A stretch of 64,000 nucleotides of DNA, taken from a virus (taxonomy: Duplodnaviria > Caudoviricetes). Of the stretch, positions 16,796 to 26,803 are shown piece by piece. Within the stretch, counting starts at the first letter, position 1. Every line of letters begins with the position of its first letter. The notes under the pieces are model-generated. The model was given only the letters and a program-made list of their open reading frames with translations. It was not told the DNA's origin and ran no database searches. The stretch lies in the IMG/VR virus record IMGVR_UViG_3300047539_000055. One strand, 5' to 3'. The translations under genes and the position numbers were made by a program.

Positions 16796-17023
16796 ATGGC
16801 AAATCAAAGAGTTCGAGTCAATTCGATCTACACGTATGAGCCTGTTTTACTTGATCTTTATGATGGTAGAACGAATCTCAAAATCGGTGACAAGGTGCGC
16901 GTGATCAATGTTTATGGATGCCCCAAGGCTAACACGATGGGCATGTGCTATGTTGGCGATGTTGATACTCGCAAGTTCATTGGCATGGTTTGCACCAATT
17001 CTCTGACGAAGGTGGCGAAGTAA
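16796..17023 (+). CDS. Small SH3-like protein (untagged)
   Basis: LKIGDKVRV; first gene after the promoter cassette. Confidence 0.65.
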   Translation: MANQRVRVNSIYTYEPVLLDLYDGRTNLKIGDKVRVINVYGCPKANTMGMCYVGDVDTRKFIGMVCTNSLTKVAK

Positions 17024-17906
17024 TGGAAAATTACACATCGCTCTCGCCAGTTTTGCAGGTCATGGTTATCGTCCTTGCCGTGTTTTTTGTTGTTTGTACC
17101 AGTTTCTATATTCACGCATTGATTACAAGAAAGGAAAAGTAATGAATTTTTCACTTATGACATTTTTTCTAACCATGACACTTTGGTTTCTATCGTGTTC
17201 TGTGATCGTTGCAATTCTGGCGATTGTTACTATAAACCCAGAAACTAGACACAAGGATCAGCGCCATGCTTGTATTATTTTGACGTTGCTCTTTACTGTT
17301 TTGTATCTTGGCGCTACATATTTTGGCATTTAATGAAACTTTTTCTTACGATATGGTGGTTTGCTTTTGGTACTTGGCTTGTGGTTTTAAGCCTCCCAAA
17401 TCATCTTAACACTCATCAATGGCTTTATGCGGTGATGGATGTGATTTTTGCGTTTATACTATTCATGTTCGCATTGAAATCAGTGGAGAAAAGAAATGAC
17501 CAATGGCGAAAAAATGCTCCGAAAGCTTGAAGGCTGGTTGAGCGATAAAGAATTGGCCGATAAACTTTCAGATGCTTACTCTACAAATGGATATCGAAAT
17601 GGATGGGTAAACTGCGTTCATATGTTACGCAAGCGGGGATATCTCTTCGTTCAAAATTAACTAGATGGGCTAGAGATGTGTCGAGTAACAAATATGGATT
17701 CAATAGCGCAAATGATCTTGCACGATATATGGATAAAAATCCCGAAGCGGTTAAGGAATTATTGAAATGACCAAAGCACAAAAAATTAAAATCATTTGTT
17801 TATTCACAGGATTTTTGGCCGCATTTATAGCGCAACATCATCTGTTTTTAGGAATAGCTGTTGCTCTTATATCTGTCGCGGTGTCTTTATATACTTGGTG
17901 GAATGA

Positions 17907-18278
17907 ATGACCCAATTACAAAAACAACTAATTGAACGAATCAAGCAATCTGGTGGCGTGATCTTTGCTAGTCCATATGGATTATATACACAGTTTGGTC
18001 AATATTTTGCGTTTACAAATAGTGTAAAAAATCCTCAAAACGCTCGAAACACATTCCTCAACAAGTTCTGCGTTTCCATCTCCGTTGCCGAGCGCACAAA
18101 AATCAAAGCACAACATATTCGTAATTTGAATCGTTATAGGCGACTCGCGATCAAGTGTCTGGAAGAGTCAAAATTTGAAGCAGCACAGCGATTATCAGGA
18201 AGGGCTATGTCACTTTCTGAATCTTTGGATGAAAAGAATTACTACAAATACTATTACAGATTGAAGGAAGGGTTATAA
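17907..18278 (+). CDS. Hypothetical protein
   Basis: 123 aa ORF. Confidence 0.6.
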   Translation: MTQLQKQLIERIKQSGGVIFASPYGLYTQFGQYFAFTNSVKNPQNARNTFLNKFCVSISVAERTKIKAQHIRNLNRYRRLAIKCLEESKFEAAQRLSGRAMSLSESLDEKNYYKYYYRLKEGL

Positions 18279-18286
18279 CTTTTCTC

Positions 18287-18316
18287 TTGACAATCGTGCC
18301 CTAAACACGCTACACT
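18287..18316 (+). promoter_or_regulatory. sigma70-like promoter
   Basis: TTGACA-N18-TACACT in an intergenic gap. Confidence 0.6.
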
Positions 18317-18331
18317 ATAAAAGATATAATT

Positions 18332-18646
18332 ATGAATGATTATCAAAAAGCCGTAACTCTTGGATTGACAAAACATACAAGATGGAAAGACGGTACGCCA
18401 CATCACCCAATGTCTGAAAGACTTATGGACTTTCTTGCCGATCATGACTTCAATGATTGCGGTGATAGTTTTTGTTGGGAAACTGGCGGTGATGGTGATA
18501 ACGGCGAAAACCTGATGTATGAGATGGATGTATATTTTGATTTGATGGATCAAGATAAGTTGCCAGCAAAAAATGAAGTTGATGAAAAGATGGAACTTGC
18601 TAAACGATTAGACGCAGAAATGGCCTCAGTACGAATACGCAATTAG
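18332..18646 (+). CDS. Conserved phage hypothetical (HHP...D.FCW..GGDGDNGE.LMY)
   Basis: Distinctive motif; follows a promoter. Confidence 0.65.
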   Translation: MNDYQKAVTLGLTKHTRWKDGTPHHPMSERLMDFLADHDFNDCGDSFCWETGGDGDNGENLMYEMDVYFDLMDQDKLPAKNEVDEKMELAKRLDAEMASVRIRN

Positions 18647-18661
18647 ATAAGGAAAAGTGAT

Positions 18662-18886
18662 ATGAACTTGTGGAAGAAATTCCTTTTATGGAAGAATGAA
18701 TACTGTACCATTCATGGTATTAAAAAGACTTACAGGTATGGCAGCAGAAAATTTGTTTGTTATATTTGCAATGATGAACGTCACAAAAAAGATAGAGCTA
18801 AATATGCCAAAGAACAAATTTTTGAGGCACAACTTGAGGGATACGCCCAAGAAATAAAAGATGAAAGATCAAAAGGACAATTATGA
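18662..18886 (+). CDS. Small Cys/His protein
   Basis: CTIHG...CYIC. Confidence 0.55.
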   Translation: MNLWKKFLLWKNEYCTIHGIKKTYRYGSRKFVCYICNDERHKKDRAKYAKEQIFEAQLEGYAQEIKDERSKGQL

Positions 18887-19197
18887 ACCTGTGGAAATCA
18901 AAAAAGAAAGAAGTAGTTGTAAAACCATTGCCCAAACTTCCTCCAGCAACAATGACTTTTGGCGCAGGTTTTGCTTGTAAAAATTTACATATCGTCATGT
19001 ATGAAATGCCACAAAAAATTTGCAGGACTTGTGGCGAATTCAATAGACCATGTGTAGTCGAAATGACGCATACTCCTTTTAATACAGTGTGTAATGAACG
19101 TGGTTATAATGATTATCGTTATGAAACAACCTATAAATTTAATCGTTGGTTGCCAAAAACAAAGGAAAAATTAAATGAAAACAGTCTCAATGTTTGA
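18883..19197 (+). CDS. Putative Zn-binding protein
   Basis: CKNLH...CRTCG. Confidence 0.55.
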   Translation: MNLWKSKKKEVVVKPLPKLPPATMTFGAGFACKNLHIVMYEMPQKICRTCGEFNRPCVVEMTHTPFNTVCNERGYNDYRYETTYKFNRWLPKTKEKLNENSLNV

Positions 19198-19441
19198 AGT
19201 TCTTAGATGTGTAGATATGGTAGAAGCGCGGGGGCCATTTGTTCACGTCAACTATTTTACTGTGGAAGCCGATGCAGTGAATGCCGCAAAGATTTATGGA
19301 ATCTTTGGTGAAACCAAATTTGTAACTATCGAAATTTTTGAGAGTCTTCCAGAATTTGTTGAAGACAATCGCCAGCAAACTATCAAGAAAGCACTTACAA
19401 AATTGTCAGAAGAAGAAAGAAACGCTCTGCGCGTTGGATAA
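19175..19441 (+). CDS. Hypothetical protein ending KALTKLSEEERNAL
   Basis: ORF with a C-terminal motif common in phages. Confidence 0.6.
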   Translation: MKTVSMFEVLRCVDMVEARGPFVHVNYFTVEADAVNAAKIYGIFGETKFVTIEIFESLPEFVEDNRQQTIKKALTKLSEEERNALRVG

Positions 19442-19913
19442 AATATGATTGGCTGGCTTGATCTATTATTAGATAGTTTGGTTTGGATATCGGCTCTAGT
19501 TATGTTAGTTATTGGAATAAGGAATAATTGGTATATTTCCAAGTATTCTGTTCTCAGTTTTTTCCGAAGAAAACAAAGCACATTCGCAGATATACCCAAC
19601 CAAACTATCCAATTATTTTCTTTGGCATGGCGACGAATTATGTGCTATACTAAAAGAGAGTTGTAGAGGGCGTATTGCTAAAAACCATAAAAATATATTT
19701 GGATAGAATCCTTGTCAATGGCTTTGACCTCAAATTATTTTTTGTGGCTGGAGCGTTTTTTGTTGTTGGTATGCTGTTACAACTTCGAAATGAGATAGCT
19801 GGTTCCGATGCTTGGTTTACTGATATGTTGGTTGCCGTATTATGTCTCGCACTTGCTGGCATAATGTTTCTCATGATGATTATCAAGATGTGCAAGGAAC
19901 CGAAGGAAAAGTA

Positions 19914-20063
19914 ATGAGTCATTATATCAAGAAATGTAAAGAGTGTGGCGCTGTCATAGAACAGTGTCGATGTTTTGCTTTAGATAAAACCGTTACATAT
20001 GGTTTATGCGAAGATTGCAAAGCAAAAATGCCCAAGGAAGCTGTACAAAATGTCATTAGATAA
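19914..20063 (+). CDS. Small Zn-finger protein
   Basis: CKECG...CRC...CEDC. Confidence 0.55.
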   Translation: MSHYIKKCKECGAVIEQCRCFALDKTVTYGLCEDCKAKMPKEAVQNVIR

Positions 20064-20258
20064 TGGTTTTGCAAATTTTATGCGTTCTCTTATGTCGGTT
20101 CTTTGCAGAGCATTCTCATTCTTTTCAATGTATATATTGGTGACCAATATTGAACATTTACCAGAAGTACCAATGTTCAAAGAATTTTTGGCTACTATAA
20201 TTCTATGCATAATTTCCGCAATCGCATGGAAGTTTGCAAACGATCTTGAGAGTAAATT

Positions 20259-20504
20259 ATGACGCGCCCATACACTATTTTGATTTTACTTTGCCTATTG
20301 ACAATGGTGGGCTGTAATGATAATCAGATAAAAAGAGCAAGATACGTTCGTGATCATCAGTGTAAATTAAAAGTTCGTATACCAGATATACAGATTTGGG
20401 ACGATGTTTCTATGTCTATGAAAACTTATCCTGGATATAAAGAGTTTGCCTGTGATAATCCAGCAGGTTCAGTCATTATTCCTGATAATGAGATTCAACC
20501 ATGA
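20259..20504 (+). CDS. Putative lipoprotein
   Basis: Hydrophobic signal followed by the lipobox-like MVGC. Confidence 0.55.
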   Translation: MTRPYTILILLCLLTMVGCNDNQIKRARYVRDHQCKLKVRIPDIQIWDDVSMSMKTYPGYKEFACDNPAGSVIIPDNEIQP

Positions 20505-20708
20505 AAGGAACAACAATGACTAAGACAACTCCTGATTTTATTTGGGATATGAGAGTGAAACTCAGGGAAGCCAGTAGAATTTGGTCTGAATTTCCACAGA
20601 AGGCCACTGCTATCCAGTATTCACATTACAACAATGTTAGATCACTTCTGGATATTTTAGAGCGTTCTGTTGAAATGGCCAATCAAGAATTGATAAAGGA
20701 GGAAAACC

Positions 20709-21038
20709 GTGACTGATACGAAGATACCTGAAGATTTGAAAGAAGCATATATTATAACTGAAAGTAATCGTCATAATATTGGCACTTGGTCTGATATGTT
20801 TGTACGAGGACTTATTGAACGTTCCGCCAAGGCTGAAAATGAAGTGGAACGATTGAAATCAGAAATACACGCTGTCATTGAAGGTATGCCGTTAGAGTTA
20901 GTTGTGCATGTTCGTGAAGGCGGCGGTTTAGAAGACGAGACAGCAACATTGGCTATATCTGTAGCCAAGACGACTGCTATTTATGAATCACTCAAGCATT
21001 ATGCGTGGAGATTATCGGAAGTATTGGAGAGAAGATAA
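20709..21038 (+). CDS. Hypothetical protein
   Basis: ORF with GGAGG SD. Confidence 0.55.
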   Translation: MTDTKIPEDLKEAYIITESNRHNIGTWSDMFVRGLIERSAKAENEVERLKSEIHAVIEGMPLELVVHVREGGGLEDETATLAISVAKTTAIYESLKHYAWRLSEVLERR

Positions 21039-21340
21039 TGAAAAAACTCAAAGTAATAAAACTCAGTAAGGGTGCTACTGCAAGGCATCTCACAAAAACG
21101 AGTAAGACCACAAAGAATCATAAGCGATGGAAAACTGTGCGTTCCGCACGTAATCACGTGCTTGAAATGTTTGGTAAAAATGTTTCTCCCATCAAATCCG
21201 GTCCAATTTTCTTTGGAGGAATTGACGCACATCTGATATATGCTTATTCAAAGGAAAAATATTGGGAGAAGTTGGAGCAATATTCCTATTCACTTCTTGC
21301 AGAAGATTTACAAAAGATTTTGGAATATGTCAAGAGGTAA
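21038..21340 (+). CDS. Basic hypothetical protein
   Basis: TAATG coupling. Confidence 0.55.
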   Translation: MKKLKVIKLSKGATARHLTKTSKTTKNHKRWKTVRSARNHVLEMFGKNVSPIKSGPIFFGGIDAHLIYAYSKEKYWEKLEQYSYSLLAEDLQKILEYVKR

Positions 21341-21500
21341 AATAATATGTGGTCAGATCAATATGGAGAGCGCCGACGACACGATGATGAAGAGTATGAT
21401 ACTGAATCATTGCTGAAAACTCTGTTGCCTTTGAGTAGACAACAGCGGGAACGCGGCGATAAACGGACTCCAACAAGATGGAAGGATTGGCGAAAGAATA

Positions 21501-22370
21501 ATGAAACTCAGAATGATGAAAGGCTTACCAGGTAGTGGTAAAAGCACCCTTACAAAACAATTCGTGAAGGATAGCGGAAACGCTGGCCGTATCAATCGTG
21601 ACGATTTACGTGCCATGATATTTGATGGTGTATGGACCGGTCCTCGCGAAAAAGTCATTGTTGAGATTGAAAAAGCAATTGCTCAAGTTCTTGCTAAGAA
21701 TAAGATGATACCAGTTATCGACGATACTAACTTATTTCAATCGCATGAAGATATGTGGAAGAATTTTGCCAAAGAAAACAACCTTGAATTTGAAAAGGAT
21801 GATGTTGGAACTGATCTTGCCACTTGTATTGAGCGCGACAAGAAACGTGACAAACCCATTGGAGAAGCCATCATTCAGCGTATGGCACTTGATGCTGGAA
21901 TGATTGATTTTGGTGAGAAAAAAGTTATTTGGGTAGATGTGGATGGAACTACCAGCAATGGTTCACATCGTGAGCATTTTGTAACTCTGAATGAACAGCG
22001 CACTAAAAAAGATTGGTATGGCTATTTCACCGAAATGGTGTATGATGAACCTATTCAACCTATCATTGATTGGGTAAATGAACTCGCAAAGGATTATACA
22101 ATTTGTATCGTATCTGGAAGACCAGATACATATCAATTGGAAACCTTGTATTGGTTGCGCCATGTAGCTAAAATACATTTTGATTATATATTTTTACGTC
22201 GAGGTTCAGATAAACGACAAGACTCTGAAACCAAAAATGATATTTTAACTAAATTACCAAAAGAAAACATTTTATTAGCCATAGACGACAGGCCATCTAT
22301 CATTTCTTTGCTCCGTAAAAATCAAATTATGGTAATTCCTGTACGCGGAGAGTGTGAGGATTTCTACTGA
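21501..22370 (+). CDS. pseT: Polynucleotide 5'-kinase/3'-phosphatase
   Basis: GLPGSGKST, NRDDLR, IDDTN kinase domain; HAD DVDGT, VSGR, IDDR phosphatase domain. Confidence 0.93.
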   Translation: MKLRMMKGLPGSGKSTLTKQFVKDSGNAGRINRDDLRAMIFDGVWTGPREKVIVEIEKAIAQVLAKNKMIPVIDDTNLFQSHEDMWKNFAKENNLEFEKDDVGTDLATCIERDKKRDKPIGEAIIQRMALDAGMIDFGEKKVIWVDVDGTTSNGSHREHFVTLNEQRTKKDWYGYFTEMVYDEPIQPIIDWVNELAKDYTICIVSGRPDTYQLETLYWLRHVAKIHFDYIFLRRGSDKRQDSETKNDILTKLPKENILLAIDDRPSIISLLRKNQIMVIPVRGECEDFY

Positions 22371-22546
22371 CAGACAAAGGATATGTTCTTACAATACGAC
22401 CAAATGCAAAATGCGTTCACATATATGAACTACATTTTCAAATTAATGATTCTAAAGATATTCTTGGTTGCGGTCATACAAAAGAACAGGCTTGGAAAAA
22501 TGCTGCTCTATATGTTAGAGCGGAAGAATTTATAAAGGATTTCTAA
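22367..22546 (+). CDS. Paralog of 22546..22767 with a CTG start (59 aa, not in ORF track)
   Basis: xTDKGYVLTIRPNAKC...LGCGHTKEQAWKNAALYVRAEEFIKDF*. Confidence 0.6.
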   Translation: MTDKGYVLTIRPNAKCVHIYELHFQINDSKDILGCGHTKEQAWKNAALYVRAEEFIKDF

Positions 22547-22767
22547 TGACAGACAAAGGTTATGTATTAACATATTATCCAAAAGCAGTATGTATATCTG
22601 TATCCATACCTAAATCAAGTCAATGGCATTTTATCCATACTCATCCAGAATCTAAAAAAGTTATTGGTTCTGGTAATACAACTGAAGAAGCATGGCATTG
22701 GGCCAAACTATATGTCGGTGCGGAGCAATTTTTAAAGAATCAGGAAGAACTTATAAAGGATTTCTAA
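22546..22767 (+). CDS. Small protein, YPxA...GxGxTxxxAW family
   Basis: MTDKGYVLTYYPKA...IGSGNTTEEAW. Confidence 0.7.
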   Translation: MTDKGYVLTYYPKAVCISVSIPKSSQWHFIHTHPESKKVIGSGNTTEEAWHWAKLYVGAEQFLKNQEELIKDF

Positions 22768-23057
22768 TGACCAAACTTGAATACTTTAATTTTGATGAAG
22801 ATGTAGCCGCCGAGTATAGCGACGAAAAAACTTGTACTAAGTCTGATTCTGGTTATCATTGTTGCTGTTATGATAAAGGAATTGAATGTCATTTATGTTT
22901 TGAGGAAAAAGATGAAACAACACCTTCATAAAAGACCACATACTTGTAAATGCTCTATGACAGCATTGGAACCACACGAAGATTGCCCAATTCATAGTTT
23001 GGGTGAATGGCCTCCACGATGTGAAATTTGTGGACAGTTTATAAAAAGGAAAACAAA

Positions 23058-23429
23058 ATGAAAAAGTTATTTACAGTAGTTGCAGTTATATTATTCGCGT
23101 CTCAGATGGTCATGGCAGAAAATGTTTGGCCCCTATCCATCACGGTACTTTCAACACAAGAAGTTAACAGCAGACACGGAAGTTTTTATACACCATCTTC
23201 ACCAGCGGGTTTATTTCGTAGAAGCGTAAAGCATATTTTTGTGGATGCCGAAGATGGTAATACATATGATTTGGTTCCGTCAAAGTCAGATGATACTTTG
23301 GTTCCAAATGTCTATCAATCAATTCTTGAGCCAAGTGATTTGAAGGTTTGTGTACTCAATGGCAAAGATAGATGTAAGGGTGTAAAGTTTCACATTGCAA
23401 ACTCTGCACCAACTATTCAAGTGCAGTAA
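23058..23429 (+). CDS. Secreted/periplasmic protein
   Basis: MKKLF...VMA signal peptide. Confidence 0.65.
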   Translation: MKKLFTVVAVILFASQMVMAENVWPLSITVLSTQEVNSRHGSFYTPSSPAGLFRRSVKHIFVDAEDGNTYDLVPSKSDDTLVPNVYQSILEPSDLKVCVLNGKDRCKGVKFHIANSAPTIQVQ

Positions 23430-23705
23430 GAAAGGGAAACATGAGTATCTTCAGCATTATACCATTATGGGCATATACACTAATTGTTGGACTTGCTTTT
23501 GGTTTTGTTATCGGTATATGTTATAGTGCATATCGTTTAACCAAATTTATGACGGGCGATTAGGAGAAAGTATGAATTATAATTGTTGGCAATTTATGGG
23601 CGATCATCCTATGGTTACGCTTGTTATCGCATATTTCATATGTAAGATGATAGTGGATGTTGTAAGACGCATTTGTAAAACAATTAAGGATAAGAGAGAT
23701 GAACA

Positions 23706-25064
23706 ATGAAATTTGAAGAACCAAAAAACGCGAATTATGTAGCCACAGTTGTAGCTCTAAAAGAGTTTGTAATTCTTCCAAACTGCGATAATGTGAAAGC
23801 TGCGCTTATTTTCGGCAACTCTGTTATTGTCGGCAAAGATGCACAAGCTGGCGATCTTGGTTTGTTTTTCCCTGTGGAATGTAAACTCAGTGAAGGTTTT
23901 TTGAGCCAAAACAATTTGTATCGTCATGCTGAATGGGGCAATGTTGACAATACTAAGGTAGGATATTTTGAACAGCATGGCCGAATCAAGGCTATGAAGT
24001 TCCGTGGCAACAAGTCCGAGGGATTCTTCATTGGTATTGAATCTCTGAATTACATTGATGTAGTTGATGTGAAAGTCGGAGATACCTTTGACAAGATTGA
24101 CGATCATCTAATTTGCGAAAAATATGTTCCTGCACACAACACTGTGGGTATCGGTAGCGAGTCAAATGGAAAGAAAGCAAAATTGCGTGATAGCATTGTT
24201 GATGGACAATTCTGTTTCCATTATGATACGGACAATCTTCGTAAAAACATTCACAAGATTCAACCAACTGATACGATTAGTATCAGTGATAAATGGCACG
24301 GAACCAGCGCCATTTTTAGCAAGCCTCTTATTCTTCGTAAACTGCCTTGGTATGAAAAGGTATTGAAGAGTCTTGGTGTCAAAATTCAGGAAACAGAATA
24401 CGGAACTGTCTACAGTTCTCGTAAAGTTGTCAAGGCTGTCAATGGTGTTGATAGATGTAATGGTGTTAACTATTATGGCGTGGATATTTGGGGAGTTGTT
24501 GCCAAAGAAATTGAAAGCAAGATTCCAGCAAGTTATACCATTTATGGGGAAATTGTAGGCTATACTCCAACAGGTTCTCCAATTCAATCTGCCTCTGGTG
24601 GAAGACCTTATCACTATGGTTGCGCCAAGGGTGAACATAAACTTGTTGTTTATCGTGTGGTAACGACAAACATTGATGGAAAGAGATTGGAACTTTCGTG
24701 GCCACAAATGACAGAGTTTTGTACAAAGTATGGATTTGAAATGGTTCGGGAATGGTTCTATGGTGATCCAGAATGGTTGGTTCCATTTATTGATGGTGGT
24801 TATACTGAAAGTGGATCATATGACGATGGAATCAAATTATGGCAAAATGCATTGCTGAAATATATTGAAGAAGCATATGTAGGTAGTAAGCCTTGCTCAT
24901 ATTGTAATAACGAAGTTCCGGCCGAAGGAGTCGTTGTTCGTATTGATCATCTAACAGAGTGTGAATCTTGGAAACTCAAGAACTTCGCATTCCTTGAAGA
25001 TGAAACAAAGACTCTTGATGCAGGTGTTGTTGATATGGAAACCGTGGAGTCGGAAGAACAATGA
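23706..25064 (+). CDS. ATP-dependent RNA ligase (DRB0094/Rnl2-like with N-terminal OB fold)
   Basis: Motif I DKWHGTS, YGEIVG, AEGVVVR, KLKN; N-terminal OB fold (NCDN...FFPVE...KFRGNKSEG). Confidence 0.85.
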   Translation: MKFEEPKNANYVATVVALKEFVILPNCDNVKAALIFGNSVIVGKDAQAGDLGLFFPVECKLSEGFLSQNNLYRHAEWGNVDNTKVGYFEQHGRIKAMKFRGNKSEGFFIGIESLNYIDVVDVKVGDTFDKIDDHLICEKYVPAHNTVGIGSESNGKKAKLRDSIVDGQFCFHYDTDNLRKNIHKIQPTDTISISDKWHGTSAIFSKPLILRKLPWYEKVLKSLGVKIQETEYGTVYSSRKVVKAVNGVDRCNGVNYYGVDIWGVVAKEIESKIPASYTIYGEIVGYTPTGSPIQSASGGRPYHYGCAKGEHKLVVYRVVTTNIDGKRLELSWPQMTEFCTKYGFEMVREWFYGDPEWLVPFIDGGYTESGSYDDGIKLWQNALLKYIEEAYVGSKPCSYCNNEVPAEGVVVRIDHLTECESWKLKNFAFLEDETKTLDAGVVDMETVESEEQ

Positions 25065-25261
25065 AAAAATTTGAAGTCATGCTTACTATTGAGGATGCCA
25101 ATGACCTATTCACTAGTGAAACATTGATTCCAAAGATTGAACCATATTTCAATCAAACTTTGGGATTGAAAGTGACTTGGGGATCGGTCAAAGCAATACT
25201 TTATCCAAAAGAAGTTGATGGAAGACCGGTAATATACAAGGATGGCAAAATGTATGTTTAA
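25061..25261 (+). CDS. Hypothetical protein
   Basis: ATGA coupling. Confidence 0.55.
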   Translation: MKKFEVMLTIEDANDLFTSETLIPKIEPYFNQTLGLKVTWGSVKAILYPKEVDGRPVIYKDGKMYV

Positions 25262-25463
25262 CTGGATTAGAAAGTTATCAAAATCAATAGCAGACGAACA
25301 GAATGAACAAGAGGATAGTCTTGAACGGAGAGTTCGAGGGCGCTTCTACGAAGTCCGAGATACTAATAGAGAAGATATAGAAATAATGATTGCGGCTGAT
25401 ATCATAGAGATTGTGCGTAGACACGATAAAAATCATAGATGGAATCAATTGTAAAGGAGTATT

Positions 25464-26132
25464 ATGAAGACACATTATTGGCCTTACAACACACTTTATA
25501 ACATTCACTGTTATATTCGTAATCGTTGGATTGATCATTCTCATGCAATGATTGCCAGCAAAGATCATATTAAGCGTGGACAATGGTGCGACGTGGACTA
25601 TCGTTTCCTGCCTTGTCTTTTTGATACTCTTGTTAACTTTGTTGAACAAGAGTATGCGTGGGAAGCAACGTGGAATAATGACAAATATAATGTCCCATTC
25701 TGGCAAAACATCAAGTTGTTGAGACTTGGTGGTTGGAGAAGTCGTGAAGCAGGAATTGATAATCTTCGCTGGGCAATGGCTCTTATCAATGATGAAAATA
25801 ATAATTATCAACCAAGCGATAAAGGTTATGGTCAACCAACACAGCAAGCCATAGCAGCAAAGGAAATTCTTGATCTTTACCTATGGTGGACTGATGTTTA
25901 TCCACTTCGTCCTGATGCTCATATTGCTTCTGGCTTTTCAGCATATTGTGAAGAAAAACGCAAGCTGGGTGGTAATTTACTTGATTTTAACCATCTTAAT
26001 GAATCAGAAGAATTGAAAAAGCGTGGAAAAAAGGCTTTTAAACTCTCAAGGAAACTTGAAGAACAGTACGAAAAAGAGGATACGGATCACCTGATTCGTT
26101 TGATCAAAATTAGACACTCTTTGTGGACTTAA
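25464..26132 (+). CDS. Conserved large-phage hypothetical protein
   Basis: GQWCD...LF..LV.FVE.E...EI..LY.WW...ED...LIRLIKIR..LWT pattern; AAGGAG SD. Confidence 0.75.
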   Translation: MKTHYWPYNTLYNIHCYIRNRWIDHSHAMIASKDHIKRGQWCDVDYRFLPCLFDTLVNFVEQEYAWEATWNNDKYNVPFWQNIKLLRLGGWRSREAGIDNLRWAMALINDENNNYQPSDKGYGQPTQQAIAAKEILDLYLWWTDVYPLRPDAHIASGFSAYCEEKRKLGGNLLDFNHLNESEELKKRGKKAFKLSRKLEEQYEKEDTDHLIRLIKIRHSLWT

Positions 26133-26163
26133 AAGAACTAAATAGTAAAATAACGGAGGCGTT

Positions 26164-26634
26164 ATGAATTGTATTAAAATGGTAGTTTTATCAGCGTTAC
26201 TTATGTTTGGTATCACAGCAGCAAATGCGCAATTCGGTGTAGTTGTTGGTGGGCCAGAATTTGCTTCTGTTCCACCTGATTGTCAGTGGGGCTATTACGA
26301 TTATTCACCTTATAGTTGTGCCGATTATGGTTATTATGACTCAAATTATTTCTATAACGGAATATTTATTGGTGTAGGCCCTTGGTACGGATGGGGCTAT
26401 GGTCACGGTTGGGGAGGTCATCGTTTCTATGGTGGTAATCGAGGAAACGGATATGGCAATCGCAGTGGATATGGAAATCGCGGCGGTAATCGCGGTGCAG
26501 TTCGCGGCGGAACAGTAAGAGGCGGCGGTGCAGTTCGCGGCGGAACAGTAAGAGGCGGTGGCGGTGCCAGAGGTGGTTTCGGCGGCGGTGCAATTCGCGG
26601 CGGCGGTGGTTCACGCGGTGGTGGACATAGATAA
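26164..26634 (+). CDS. Secreted Tyr/Gly-rich protein (Acidobacteria-like)
   Basis: Signal peptide; PPDCQWGYYDYSPYSCADYGYY...GIFIGVGPW; RGG-rich tail; TAAATA upstream. Confidence 0.75.
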   Translation: MNCIKMVVLSALLMFGITAANAQFGVVVGGPEFASVPPDCQWGYYDYSPYSCADYGYYDSNYFYNGIFIGVGPWYGWGYGHGWGGHRFYGGNRGNGYGNRSGYGNRGGNRGAVRGGTVRGGGAVRGGTVRGGGGARGGFGGGAIRGGGGSRGGGHR

Positions 26635-26741
26635 ATAACAGTACTCAATACTGAATCTACGCGGTTTGAGTCAGGAGGATCGTAGATAATTATAATATAC
26701 TAAAAATAATATAATACTCGTACAACACCAAATAGTTATAC

Positions 26742-26779
26742 AATGAGTGGGAACCTCAATCCCACTCATTTCTATTTGT
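26742..26779 (+). terminator. Rho-independent terminator
   Basis: AATGAGTGGGA / TCCCACTCATT stem plus T-rich tail. Confidence 0.7.
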
Positions 26780-26803
26780 GGATAAATACACCAGAGGATT
26801 AAT

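Noticed and set aside
26440-26625. GC-rich repeat as a mobile element or ncRNA
   Set aside because: Explained by RGG/GG codons of the Gly-rich protein tail.
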